Below, one piece after another: positions 1 to 9,892 of a stretch of DNA of 64,000 bases. The notes under the pieces were generated by a model. The model made no database searches and was not told the DNA's origin. It saw nothing but the letters and a program-made list of their open reading frames with translations. Both the position numbers and the translations under genes were made by a program. Source of the DNA: Methanoregula sp. (GTDB lineage: Archaea; Halobacteriota; Methanomicrobia; Methanomicrobiales; Methanospirillaceae); NCBI GenBank assembly GCA_039698055.1, contig JBDKTL010000017.1, positions 22,521-86,520 on the forward strand. The letters run 5' to 3'. Each line of letters starts with the position of its first letter. Positions within the stretch are counted from its first letter, which is position 1.

Positions 1-16
1 GGGATAGTAAAAATTC

Positions 17-270
17 AACTATTTTTTTTTATTTCATCTCAAGTTATGTAATGGGGGCAAACTGCCCCTATGCTCCCGGTTACGATGCCCCCCGCCGCCC
101 CCGATGGGACGCCCCCGCGGCGGATCTGGAATTCAGATAATATGGGGGGTCGACGAAATCAGTCATCTTATAGATCTAAAAAAAATAAATCTAAAGAAAA
201 AAACCGCCTCGCCCAGCGAGGCCCCGACGAGGCGGCAAAAGCGACCCCAAAGGGATGGGAAACATCTTAA
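17..270. repeat. Structured dispersed repeat, copy 1 (candidate MITE or ncRNA)
   Basis: Shares ordered motifs with 55433-55709 (CCCGGTTAC, CCCGCCGC, AAAAACCG, CGCCCAGCGAGG) and GC-rich hairpins such as GGGGCA-AAC-TGCCCC and CCGCCTCG...CGAGGCGG. Confidence 0.75.
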
Positions 271-414
271 AAACTAAACAACCGTTTACATCCGTTGTGT
301 TTTTCGCACCAGTTGCGCGTCCTGATGCAATTAATTTGCAAAAAAAGAAAGGATCAAACCCCCCATTACATTATCCAAAACTCCGGTTTCTCACTCTCTT
401 ATAAACCCCCCGGC

Positions 415-969
415 TCATTCCAGATAGTTCATCAGCATCTCAAGCGCAGCCAGCTCTTTTCTCCCGCCGCATTTCCGGACAATACCGGCATGATAATCGA
501 TAAGTTTCTTTAATTCTGGATCCCGGTTTTCCCTGAATCGGGTTGCATGCACCGTGGCATCGATGAGATTGCCAAATCCCCGGTTCACCGGGTGGACGAC
601 AGCATCCTCCACGATAGATTTTTCTGGCGTGAGCTCCACGTTGAGGATTGCATCCGTTTGTTTCTGCACGGTTGCGGTAAAAGCAATCCATGCCTCGGCA
701 CCCAGAAGCCGGTACATCTTTTTTTGTATGACCGGCTCTTCGGTAAACGATTCCTTTGGGAGATCTTCAAACGCGGTTTTCACGTAAATGACCGGATCGT
801 GGATAATATTGGCAACCACCCATCCGTCCCGAACGATGTTTTCAGCAGTATGCGAACCGGCAAAAAGTATGATGCTGTATTTTCCCTCGCGGTAATGAAT
901 CCCCATCGGCGCTGCATTAAAAGCAGTCGTTGCAATAACTTCGTTAATGCCACCGGTTAAGAGTCCCAT
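415..969 (-). CDS. DUF447 family protein
   Basis: N-terminal INEVIATT..NAAPMGI motif and C-terminal NRG..LIDATVHATR. Start set at MGLL, overlapping the citG-like stop. Confidence 0.85.
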   Translation of the reverse strand: MGLLTGGINEVIATTAFNAAPMGIHYREGKYSIILFAGSHTAENIVRDGWVVANIIHDPVIYVKTAFEDLPKESFTEEPVIQKKMYRLLGAEAWIAFTATVQKQTDAILNVELTPEKSIVEDAVVHPVNRGFGNLIDATVHATRFRENRDPELKKLIDYHAGIVRKCGGRKELAALEMLMNYLE

Positions 970-1778
970 TCCCATCCCTCCCCCAGTGCCACGTAGAGCG
1001 CAGCAATCGTGATATCGGCAATCGAACCGGGGTTGATATCCTGTGCGATGCACTCCTCGTCAAGTTCGGCAAGGTCGCGCTTACCGTCCAGCACTTCACG
1101 TGCCTGGTTCATGACCCGGACGGCACAATCCTCCCCATGCTTCTTGACGATGAACGTGTCGGGCTCGGATGCCAGCAGCGTGACAAACATCTGGACAATT
1201 GAATTCCTGCCCGGGCCGAAATGGAAGAGGAAATCGGCACCTTTACGGGTGAGCGGGAATCCCATGACCCATTCCCGGGATACCATGTCATGCGGGGCGG
1301 AATGCCGCATCACATCCAGCAACGACATGTCACGGTCACGCAGGATCGAGAGGGATTTTGGATCGTTTACATCCAGTTCATCGGATGCATGCACCCGGAC
1401 TTGTGTCAGGCCAAACGCCTGGTAAAATGCAACCGCATCGGAAACATCGGTTTTTTCTGTTGCCAGTATTGCCCCGGGAATATCTTTGCCGTACACCAGC
1501 GGGATGAGCAGGATAAATGCCCCAAAATGAGTGTTGCCGCCATGATGCACATTTGTCTGCTGCACGGCATGTTTGATAATCTCCCCGATTCTTCCGGTTC
1601 CCCGCTCTGCTTCTTCAAGGGCAGGCCGGGCAAAAATCGTGGATGCAAGAAAATGTTCTATACGGGTATCCTTGTAATCGTGGCACCGGTCGACATTTCC
1701 CGGCTTTGGGAATGCACAGACTTCAAGCATCATGGCGAGCTGGGCCCGCTCAACAGATCTCATCGGAAGGGACGTCAT
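957..1778 (-). CDS. Triphosphoribosyl-dephospho-CoA synthase (CitG) family protein
   Basis: Motifs LEV.AFPKPGNV, GGNTHFG and INPGSIAD. Confidence 0.9.
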   Translation of the reverse strand: MTSLPMRSVERAQLAMMLEVCAFPKPGNVDRCHDYKDTRIEHFLASTIFARPALEEAERGTGRIGEIIKHAVQQTNVHHGGNTHFGAFILLIPLVYGKDIPGAILATEKTDVSDAVAFYQAFGLTQVRVHASDELDVNDPKSLSILRDRDMSLLDVMRHSAPHDMVSREWVMGFPLTRKGADFLFHFGPGRNSIVQMFVTLLASEPDTFIVKKHGEDCAVRVMNQAREVLDGKRDLAELDEECIAQDINPGSIADITIAALYVALGEGWEWDS

Positions 1779-2889
1779 GGAACACCCTGCTCATCAGGTT
1801 ATCTGAAAGCTCGTGTTTCAGGCGCATATATTCTTTCTTTGTGAGCCCCTCCTGCTGGAGCGTCATATCGCGGAACATGCAGGGTGAGGAGGTTTTGCAG
1901 CACCATGCAAGACTCCCAAAACAGGTATTGTTCCCGCCTTCAAGAGGCGTGCCTTTCGCCGATCCCAGTTTAAGCTGGATATATTCGTCTTTTGGAATGC
2001 CGATCCTTGACAGGGCGGGTATGAGCGGGCACTCTTTTACCGGCATGCAGCAGAAGGTGAGTGCCCGCAGGTCCCCGCCACGGCAGAGTTGTTTTGGCGA
2101 ATTATACCATCCCTCTTCATCGGCGTACCGGGTGATCGCAGCGTCGAGTCCTGCCAGCGTGCGTTCATCGGCATGCCGGGCAAGCGATACCATGTCCGCG
2201 CCGTGGGAGAGCACCTCCCGCAGCCGGTCAAAGGTGTTGATGGAGTTGTTGGCGATTATTGTCAACGGGCAGCTGTTCCGGATCTGCCGCAGTTTTGCGA
2301 TGCCGGTATCCATGAGATCGATGTGGAGGATATCTGCCCCCGCACTCCAGAGCGCCCGGGCGAGCGCCCGGTCATCTCCTGCAACGCCGACCCGCATTTT
2401 CACCGACACGGTAACCTCAAGGGCCTTGAGCGCCCTGACTGTGGCAACCAGGGCCTTGGGATTTTTCAGGTAATATTCCCCGGCACCGGCGTTTACCATC
2501 GGCTCCTGTCGGCAATGGGCATCGATCTCGTACACAACCGAATCGCCGAACGTCTCTGCCAGCGCACAAAATGCTTCCGGGGAACTTCCGCGCAGGTTAA
2601 TTCCCAGCACAACGTCGGTTCCTTTGAGCAGTGCGATCTGTTTTGCGAGTTCGGCGACAGGATTGTCGTATAAAAATTCCCTGCGATCACCGGCAGAGGC
2701 GATTTCTTTTGCGGCATCCATTGTCGGCCCGTCAATGGAATATCCGCCGATGAATGCGAGACCAATATGATCTTTACGTTCGAGCACGTATGCCGCATCA
2801 ACGATACCGGCCATAGATGCAAGAGCGACCGGTGTACGGACAATATGATCGTTTATTACAAGGCCGAATCGCTCAAATGCATTCATCAT
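1750..2889 (-). CDS. Methanogenesis marker 9 protein (Dus-like FMN TIM barrel plus Cys-rich C-terminal domain)
   Basis: ALASMAGI, DAHCRQ and ANNS motifs, with C-terminal CRGGD.RALTFCC and TCFGSLAWCCK. Confidence 0.9.
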   Translation of the reverse strand: MMNAFERFGLVINDHIVRTPVALASMAGIVDAAYVLERKDHIGLAFIGGYSIDGPTMDAAKEIASAGDRREFLYDNPVAELAKQIALLKGTDVVLGINLRGSSPEAFCALAETFGDSVVYEIDAHCRQEPMVNAGAGEYYLKNPKALVATVRALKALEVTVSVKMRVGVAGDDRALARALWSAGADILHIDLMDTGIAKLRQIRNSCPLTIIANNSINTFDRLREVLSHGADMVSLARHADERTLAGLDAAITRYADEEGWYNSPKQLCRGGDLRALTFCCMPVKECPLIPALSRIGIPKDEYIQLKLGSAKGTPLEGGNNTCFGSLAWCCKTSSPCMFRDMTLQQEGLTKKEYMRLKHELSDNLMSRVFHDVPSDEIC

Positions 2890-3131
2890 AAGTTCATATC
2901 AGTTAATAGTTGAAAAAGAAATTACTTTCGCATGTCCTTATGGAAAAAAGGCAGATTCCCCGGCCGGATCCGAAAAACCGATTTGGGGAACCAGATTTTC
3001 CCGGGGGTGCCCAAACAGGGTATATTCACCCGAATTTTGTATTCTGGTTCACCCTGTCCGCCGGGACCGTGAACGGATGAAAAATCCAATTAGTAACAAT
3101 TTTTATCAATTAACGTATCACAATTTGTTAT

Positions 3132-3533
3132 ATGGTATTGAAGGGAATGCTACTTGTCGGCCATGGCAGCACCATGCCGTACAATAAAGAACTGGTAGAA
3201 TCGACCGGAAAAATGGTTGCGGCGCAGACAACCGAGTTCATTGTCAAATGTGCTTTTATGAATATGAACAAACCCTCTATTGAGGATGCGCTGGCAGAAT
3301 TCAAAAAAGAAAACATCGATGTCCTGGTCGTTGTCCCGCTCTTTCTTGCAAAAGGCGTTCACATTGAAAAGGACATTCCCTCGGTTATCGGTCTTGCAGA
3401 AGGCGTCAAAAAGGGAACATTTGCCCTTAACGGGAAATCCATTCCCCTCGTCTACGCCGACCCCATCGGAAGTGATCCGCTGCTCGCAAACCTGATGGTT
3501 AAAAATGCGCAGAAAGCGCTGACCCTTATCTGA
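3132..3533 (+). CDS. cfbA: Sirohydrochlorin nickelochelatase
   Basis: CbiX-S motifs LVGHGS and PLFLAKGVH..KDIP; first gene of the cfb cluster. Confidence 0.9.
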   Translation: MVLKGMLLVGHGSTMPYNKELVESTGKMVAAQTTEFIVKCAFMNMNKPSIEDALAEFKKENIDVLVVVPLFLAKGVHIEKDIPSVIGLAEGVKKGTFALNGKSIPLVYADPIGSDPLLANLMVKNAQKALTLI

Positions 3534-3541
3534 TTTTTTTT

Positions 3542-4762
3542 ATGAATATTCTTGTCCTGGACACGATTCACGGTGGTGCTGATATTGCTGCTGCCTATGA
3601 ACGTGCCGGGCATTCCGTTGACGCAGTGGATATTTACCGGAAAACGACGCCGGATGAAGAGTCCCATGCCCGGATACGGTCGTATGATATGATCGTTGCA
3701 CCGGTTCACATGGACCCGGTACATCCGCTGCTCGCACACCGGACGTGCCCGATTGTCACTCATCATGAAGCGGTGCGATCCCTGTTAGGCAATAATATGC
3801 CGGCCCTGATGGTGGAGATTACCGGGTCAAGGGGGAAGACGACGACCGCCCATGCTCTCGCGCACCTGCTCCCCAAAAACGGCATCCTGCATACTTCAGC
3901 CGGGACATATGAATGCCCGGGGCACCTCCTGCTCTGTAAAAAGAGCATCACGCCTGCATCCGTGCTTGCAGCAGCAGGATATGCGCAGCATATCAACGGG
4001 TGGCTGATCGCGGAGGAGTCACTGGGAGTGACCGGGGCCGGTAACCTCGCGATCATTACCTCAGCTGAAGATTATCGCTGTGCTGCCGGTAAAAAAAGTG
4101 CGCTTGCAGTGAAACTTGAATCGGCAAAAAACTGCAAACGCCTGCTCGTCGCTGAGGGGATCAGGGTGCCCGGTCAGGATACAGTCACCCGGCTTGAGTC
4201 CGTTGCCTGTTGTCGCGGGCAGGAATGCTGTATTGCCCTTGAGGGGCAGACCTTCCGGTTTACCAGTCCGCTGCTGGAATTATCCGGGTACCGGACTCCG
4301 CTTATGCTTGCCGGTACTGCCGCCGCCATGCTGGGCATCGATCCTGCGCCGCTTGGCACATTCCACGCCATGGCCGGACGGATGTCGATGACACAAGAAC
4401 AGGGGATCGTTATCATCGATAACGCAAACAGCGGCACGAATGTCATGACCACGGTTGAAGCGGCACGGTATGCCCGCACGTGCGCCGGTGTTCCCGGTCT
4501 CACCCTTGTTATTGGCACGGTCAAAGGGGATGGTGCAGTCTGTGAAGGATTTCCCGATGCGCAGATTGTTGCCGCAATTGAGCAGGTACAGCCGGCTACT
4601 GTCGTATGGGTGGGCGATCCACCACACCATCTTCATCTCAACACTCCCCAAAAACCGTGGACTCCTGATGCCGTCTGTTCAACGCTCGCGGATGCGAAAA
4701 AGACTGCGATGAGGATAACAAAGCAAGGTTCTATTGTCCTTTCCGTCAAGACTTGGAGATAA
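3542..4762 (+). CDS. cfbE: Coenzyme F430 synthetase (Mur ligase-like)
   Basis: VLDTIHGG, EITGSRGKTT, EESLGVTG and DNANSG motifs. Confidence 0.9.
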   Translation: MNILVLDTIHGGADIAAAYERAGHSVDAVDIYRKTTPDEESHARIRSYDMIVAPVHMDPVHPLLAHRTCPIVTHHEAVRSLLGNNMPALMVEITGSRGKTTTAHALAHLLPKNGILHTSAGTYECPGHLLLCKKSITPASVLAAAGYAQHINGWLIAEESLGVTGAGNLAIITSAEDYRCAAGKKSALAVKLESAKNCKRLLVAEGIRVPGQDTVTRLESVACCRGQECCIALEGQTFRFTSPLLELSGYRTPLMLAGTAAAMLGIDPAPLGTFHAMAGRMSMTQEQGIVIIDNANSGTNVMTTVEAARYARTCAGVPGLTLVIGTVKGDGAVCEGFPDAQIVAAIEQVQPATVVWVGDPPHHLHLNTPQKPWTPDAVCSTLADAKKTAMRITKQGSIVLSVKTWR

Positions 4763-4767
4763 CAAAT

Positions 4768-5838
4768 ATGTCAATGAAATATATGCACCCCCGCCCAAGT
4801 TCGATTGTCGCCGCGCTCTATACTGCCCGGGACCTTGAGGTCGATGTGGCAATCCTGCACGGCCCTTCGGGCTGTTCCTTCAAACACGCCCGGCTGCTGG
4901 AGGAAGACGGGATGCGGGTTCTTACCACATCGCTTGCCGACAACGAATTTATTTTCGGCGGGGAAAAGCCGCTCGTGGATGTCCTGACCTATGCACAAGA
5001 ACATTTTCCTGTGCACCGCATGGCCGTCATCGGGACCTGCGTCTCCATGATCATCGGCGAGGATCTCGAGTCCGCTATCGAAATTTCCGGCATTTCAACA
5101 CCCACGATCGCGGTGGATATCCATGCCGGGTTCCCGGAAAATATTGCCGGTGTCCTTGCAACACTGGATGCGGCAGAAGCTGCCGGCTGGATTACAGAAG
5201 AGGAACTCGTCCGCCAGCATACGCTTATGGAAAAAGCAAACGAGGTGGAGCGGTTGCGCGGAGCGGCATCGCAGGCCTACATCGAACCGTCCCGGGGCGA
5301 TCTCAAGCACATCGCCGCACAGCGCTTGATCGAATGCGCACGCAGCGGAAAAAAAGGGGTCGCGATCCTGAATGCAAAGAAAGAGACTGCCTACATGTTT
5401 GCCGATGAACTCCTCGCCCTTCACGATGCCTGTCCGGACACGGATATTACCTACATTGCCAATCTTGAAAACCGGGGACTGCCCAAAGTCCGTGCGGATG
5501 CAGAGCGGATCAGCACCGAGATGAAACAGCGGGGAGTGACCTTTGAGTGTATCGGGGCACTGGACGAGTACGGCGCAAACGGCGATGCACTTGGAAAACG
5601 TATCAGGGAACTTGCCCCCTCGTTTGCGCTGATAGTTGGTGTGCCGCATGCAATCCCGCCGGAATACACCGAAGGTATCGAATGTTTTTCTGTCACGAAC
5701 GGGCCCCGTCAGGTGGAACCCCTCCGGGCGATCGGGCACCAGCACGTGATGGTGGAAGTCGATCTGCATCCAAAGACTCTTGGCGTAAAAAATATTGTGG
5801 AAAGTGAATTTGGCGCCATCCTGCGGAGCCTGGCATGA
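4768..5838 (+). CDS. cfbD: Ni-sirohydrochlorin a,c-diamide reductive cyclase, catalytic subunit (NflD)
   Basis: HPRPSSIVAALYT and LHGPSGCSFKHARLLEEDG motifs. Confidence 0.95.
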   Translation: MSMKYMHPRPSSIVAALYTARDLEVDVAILHGPSGCSFKHARLLEEDGMRVLTTSLADNEFIFGGEKPLVDVLTYAQEHFPVHRMAVIGTCVSMIIGEDLESAIEISGISTPTIAVDIHAGFPENIAGVLATLDAAEAAGWITEEELVRQHTLMEKANEVERLRGAASQAYIEPSRGDLKHIAAQRLIECARSGKKGVAILNAKKETAYMFADELLALHDACPDTDITYIANLENRGLPKVRADAERISTEMKQRGVTFECIGALDEYGANGDALGKRIRELAPSFALIVGVPHAIPPEYTEGIECFSVTNGPRQVEPLRAIGHQHVMVEVDLHPKTLGVKNIVESEFGAILRSLA

Positions 5839-7211
5839 AGGCGCTGCTTGTCACCGGTGACCGTTCCGGCAGCGGAAAGACGAGCATCACCCTTGCGCTT
5901 TCCGCGCTGCTCTCAAAAAAAGAAACCGTCCAGACATTCAAAGTGGGAATGGATTATATCGATCCCTCCTACCTTGCCGCAGTCTCTGGCCGGCCGTGCA
6001 GGAATCTTGACAGTTTTACTCTGAACCCGGCCCAGGTGCAGGATATTTTCTCTTACGGGTGCCGGGGAGCTGATTTTGCGCTTGTTGAAGGGGTCCGGGG
6101 TTTGTATGAAGGCGCTGAAGCGCTCGACGATACTGGCAGCACCGCAGCGATTGCAAAAGCACTTGACATCCCGGTTGTGCTGGTCGTATCTGCGCAGAGC
6201 ATCACCCGGAGTGCGGCAGCAATCGTCAAAGGGTTCCAGGCATTTGACGAAAACGTTCACGTTGCCGGTATTATCCTGAACAACGTGAAAGGGGGCAGCC
6301 ACACCACAAAAGCGACCACCGCCATCGAACATTATTGCGGCGTGCCGGTGATCGGAGCGATTCCCCGCATGGAGGAGATGCGCCTTGCGATGCGCCACCT
6401 CGGGCTCGTCCCGTACCGCGAGGGAACCGGCCAGGGCGATTTCGATGCCCGGATTGAGGCAATCACCGGGCTTATCGGGAAGTATGTCGATCTCGATACG
6501 TTCACCGGGCTCGCAAAAGAGATCCCGCCCACGGCACAGAAAACAACGCTCTTCGATCAGGTGTCGCCACCCACCGTTCGTATCGGTGTCGCTTATGACG
6601 AGGCATTCAATTTTTATTATGCGGACCTGTTCGATATCCTGCGATCGCTTGGCGCCGATGTTGTCCGTTTCAGCCCGGTGCATGACCGGCTGCCGGATGC
6701 GGACGGGTATATTATCGGCGGCGGCTACCCGGAGCTGTTCGTTGCGGAGCTCGAAGCAAATGACCGGATGCGGGAAGCAATCCGGGACGTGTCAAAGGCG
6801 GGGAGTCCCATCTACGCTGAGTGCGGCGGGCTCATGTACCTGACCGACAAGATGACGTTAAAGAAAGGCTGGCAGGATGCAGAACGCGATCAGTCTTACC
6901 AGATGTGCGGCGTTTTTTCCGGTGAAACAATTATGCCCGCCCGGCGTGTCGTGAGTTATGTGGAAGGGGAGAGCATGAGTACAGGCCCGATGGGTGCGGC
7001 ACATTTCCGTGGTCACGAATTCCATTATTCGGATGTATCGCTTGCGCCGGACACGCAGTTTGCCTACCGGCTCTCGCGGGGCATTGGCATCCGGGACCAG
7101 CGTGACGGCGCCGTAGTCCACAATACACTTGGCAGTTACACCCACCTGCACCCGGTGGCTAGCAGGGATATGTTCCGGCATTTCGTGGAACTGTGCCAGT
7201 CCCCTCCGTAA
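5835..7211 (+). CDS. cfbB: Ni-sirohydrochlorin a,c-diamide synthase (CbiA-like)
   Basis: DRSGSGKT, KVGMDYIDP, YAECGG and GHEFHYS motifs; ATGA overlap with cfbD. Confidence 0.92.
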   Translation: MKALLVTGDRSGSGKTSITLALSALLSKKETVQTFKVGMDYIDPSYLAAVSGRPCRNLDSFTLNPAQVQDIFSYGCRGADFALVEGVRGLYEGAEALDDTGSTAAIAKALDIPVVLVVSAQSITRSAAAIVKGFQAFDENVHVAGIILNNVKGGSHTTKATTAIEHYCGVPVIGAIPRMEEMRLAMRHLGLVPYREGTGQGDFDARIEAITGLIGKYVDLDTFTGLAKEIPPTAQKTTLFDQVSPPTVRIGVAYDEAFNFYYADLFDILRSLGADVVRFSPVHDRLPDADGYIIGGGYPELFVAELEANDRMREAIRDVSKAGSPIYAECGGLMYLTDKMTLKKGWQDAERDQSYQMCGVFSGETIMPARRVVSYVEGESMSTGPMGAAHFRGHEFHYSDVSLAPDTQFAYRLSRGIGIRDQRDGAVVHNTLGSYTHLHPVASRDMFRHFVELCQSPP

Positions 7212-7249
7212 GGTTGACAGGTTCATGATACTGCGGGATGATTTCTCCC

Positions 7250-7276
7250 GCCCGGCACGGGCCTGTTTTTTTTTTG
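7250..7276 (+). terminator. Hairpin plus T-tract downstream of cfbB
   Basis: GCCCG-GCA-CGGGC followed by a 10-T run. Confidence 0.5.
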
Positions 7277-7492
7277 AGATCGGGCAGAAATTAAACAAAA
7301 ATCTTCGTTTATTGAATGAAAACCGCTTGTCAATTTCCTAATCCCGATAGCCGGAATAAAACTGGACGGTATCCAACAATTCATACCTTATGATCCGTTA
7401 TGGCTGGAGGGATTTTTTCCTGTTCAGGGTATTTGTTGCCCGGCAGATACAAAAGAAAAAACTACAAAACCAACAACGCCCCATCACAATCT

Positions 7493-8365
7493 ATGATTAT
7501 TTATCTTGATGGGAAGTACGTGCCCGAGGACCAGGCAAAAGTCTCTGTGTTCGATCATGGTCTCCTGTACGGTGACGGGGTTTTTGAAGGGATCCGGGCG
7601 TACAATGGCAGGATTTTCCGCTTAAAGGAGCATATGGACCGGCTCTATGATTCGGCAAAAACCATCGATATTCAACCTCCGATCTCAAAAGAAGAGATGA
7701 CCGAGGCAATATGCGAGACCCTTCGCAGGAATAATCTCAAGGATGCCTATATCCGTCCGATTATCACCCGTGGCATCGGTGACCTCGGGCTTGATCCCCG
7801 CAAGTGCCCGAAGCCTTCGGTCATCGTGATCTGTGTGACCTGGGGCGCGATGTACGGCGACCTGTACGAGAAAGGCCTCAAAGCCATTACGGTTTCCGTG
7901 CGGAGAAATCCGGCGGAATCGCTGCCGCCTAATGTCAAGAGCCTGAATTACCTGAATAATATTCTTGCGAAGATCGAAGCAAATTACAAAGGCGGCGACG
8001 AAGCGATCTTCTTTGATACCAACGGTTATGTTGCCGAGGGTTCCGGAGACAACCTCTATGTCGTTAAGAACGGCGAGATTCTCACGCCTCATACCATCAA
8101 CAATCTCCGGGGAATCACAAGGATGGTCGCCCTTGAGATTGCAGAATCGCTTGGCATTACCGTAAAAGAACAGAACCTCGGGTATTTTGACCTGTACACG
8201 GCTGACGAACTGATCTGTTCAGGTACTGCGGCGGAGCTGGCACCGATTACCTGGATCGATGGCCGGGTTGTCGGCACCGGAAAACCCGGCCCGGTTACAC
8301 GGCAGCTGATGGCCGGGTTCAGGACCGTCACCGAGAATGAAGGTTATCCCATTTACAAAAAATAA
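7493..8365 (+). CDS. ilvE: Branched-chain amino acid aminotransferase
   Basis: [25 protein letters not shown] and GTAAE motifs. Confidence 0.95.
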   Translation: MIIYLDGKYVPEDQAKVSVFDHGLLYGDGVFEGIRAYNGRIFRLKEHMDRLYDSAKTIDIQPPISKEEMTEAICETLRRNNLKDAYIRPIITRGIGDLGLDPRKCPKPSVIVICVTWGAMYGDLYEKGLKAITVSVRRNPAESLPPNVKSLNYLNNILAKIEANYKGGDEAIFFDTNGYVAEGSGDNLYVVKNGEILTPHTINNLRGITRMVALEIAESLGITVKEQNLGYFDLYTADELICSGTAAELAPITWIDGRVVGTGKPGPVTRQLMAGFRTVTENEGYPIYKK

Positions 8366-8506
8366 TTTCCCCCTCTTTTATGGAATAATTATTTTTTTAA
8401 TACCGGTAAATCCGGGGAATTTATTTTTCCGTACGTGCGATTTCACGCCCATGGTCTTGTTCCATAACCTATTTATGACGAGGGGTAAAATTAGTTAAAG
8501 CAACGC

Positions 8507-8581
8507 GCTGCTATAGTGTAGTCCGGCCAATCATGCGGGCCTTTCACGCCCGCGACTGGGGTTCGAATCCCCATAGCAGCA
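8507..8581 (+). tRNA. tRNA-Glu (anticodon TTC), no intron, CCA not encoded
   Basis: Acceptor stem GCTGCTA/TAGCAGC, anticodon arm CGGGC-CTTTCAC-GCCCG and T arm GGGG-TTCGAAT-CCCC. Confidence 0.95.
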
Positions 8582-8647
8582 TCTTCTTTTCAGACCAGAA
8601 TCCCCAAGGGTTTTCCAACGCATTCTCCCAGCGTCAGCTTAATCCAT

Positions 8648-9892
8648 ATGCACACGGATTTCGCCGGTGCAATGAGAAAAGGGATTGATCCTGCACCGAC
8701 CAGCCGAGACCGGGCTTTCCACTGTCAGAAAGCGGAGTATGCAGATCATTCTATCGACAATGCCATAGCGACAGATCGCCTCACACCGGAAGATGCCCAA
8801 TTGATCAGGGCATTCATCTCGGAACTGAAAGCTACCAAGGGGATCAGCACCGGAAGGGCGAACAAAATCATTTTCACGCTCATTACGTGGAGACGATTTC
8901 TTCCGCCCTACACGACAAACAGCATTACCGACATCTACCAGGGCATCAACAACATGAAAGATACGAGAGTTCAGGGCCGGCCCTACAAGCAGAACACCCA
9001 GAGGGATTTCCTGAACTTCATCAAACGCTTTTACCTCTGGATGATCAAGCACCGGTATTCCCCGCTTATGAAGGACGATATACGGGAGATCAAAGTGCCC
9101 CGTACAGACACAATGACTAAAACCGCTGAGATGATGCTGAGCGAAGATGAAGTCCATAAAATGATCGATGCGTGTATGAACTCACGTGACCGGGCACTTA
9201 TCGCAATGCTGTATGAGGGCGGCTTTCGTATCGAAGAGATTGGGACATTGACATGGGGCCAGATCAAAATCGATGATTATGGCATGATCATCAATACCAA
9301 CAAGAAAACCGAAAAGCCCCGGTACGTCCGGCTCGTAGCTGCTACACCCTATTTCGCAACGTGGCGGAACGATTACCCATATGCCATCGCTGCCGAGGGG
9401 TTGGTCTTCACGTCCCATAAACGCCTGCCGTTGCGTTACGAGGGGATCGCACTTCAGTTGAAAAAGATTGGAGCGCGCGCCGGTGTTAAGAAGCGGATCA
9501 CGCCGCATTTATTCCGGCATTCAAAAATCACGTCGATGGTTCAGCAGGGATATAACGAGACGATTATCAAAAAAATGATGTGGGGAAACATCCGGACGGG
9601 GATGTTCGAGACGTACTGCCATCTGACAGATACTGATGTTGACGATGAAGTCCTTTCCAAGCAGGGCATCAGGAGAAAGAACGAGAAGAAGCAGCGGGCT
9701 ATGGAGGCTCGCCAGTGTCCTCACTGTTCGACCGTGAATGCCCCAACCGATGAATACTGCCGCACCTGTGCCAAACCCCTTACTGCGGAAATTGACCTGT
9801 CAATGGAAGAGATCAAACGAGAGATTGAGAAGACCCCGGAATTCGCAAAAATTATGGAAATAATCCGGCACAATATTTCAGTTGCCGGATGA
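8648..9892 (+). CDS. Tyrosine recombinase/integrase with C-terminal Zn ribbon
   Basis: RDRAL..LYEGGFRIEE, HLFRHS and W..(ETY) catalytic motifs; CPHC..CRTC at the C-terminus; lies beside the tRNA. Confidence 0.92.
   Translation: MHTDFAGAMRKGIDPAPTSRDRAFHCQKAEYADHSIDNAIATDRLTPEDAQLIRAFISELKATKGISTGRANKIIFTLITWRRFLPPYTTNSITDIYQGINNMKDTRVQGRPYKQNTQRDFLNFIKRFYLWMIKHRYSPLMKDDIREIKVPRTDTMTKTAEMMLSEDEVHKMIDACMNSRDRALIAMLYEGGFRIEEIGTLTWGQIKIDDYGMIINTNKKTEKPRYVRLVAATPYFATWRNDYPYAIAAEGLVFTSHKRLPLRYEGIALQLKKIGARAGVKKRITPHLFRHSKITSMVQQGYNETIIKKMMWGNIRTGMFETYCHLTDTDVDDEVLSKQGIRRKNEKKQRAMEARQCPHCSTVNAPTDEYCRTCAKPLTAEIDLSMEEIKREIEKTPEFAKIMEIIRHNISVAG

Noticed and set aside
70-270. 66-aa ORF
   Set aside because: Lies within the structured repeat; low-complexity product with no evidence of a conserved reading frame in copy 2.
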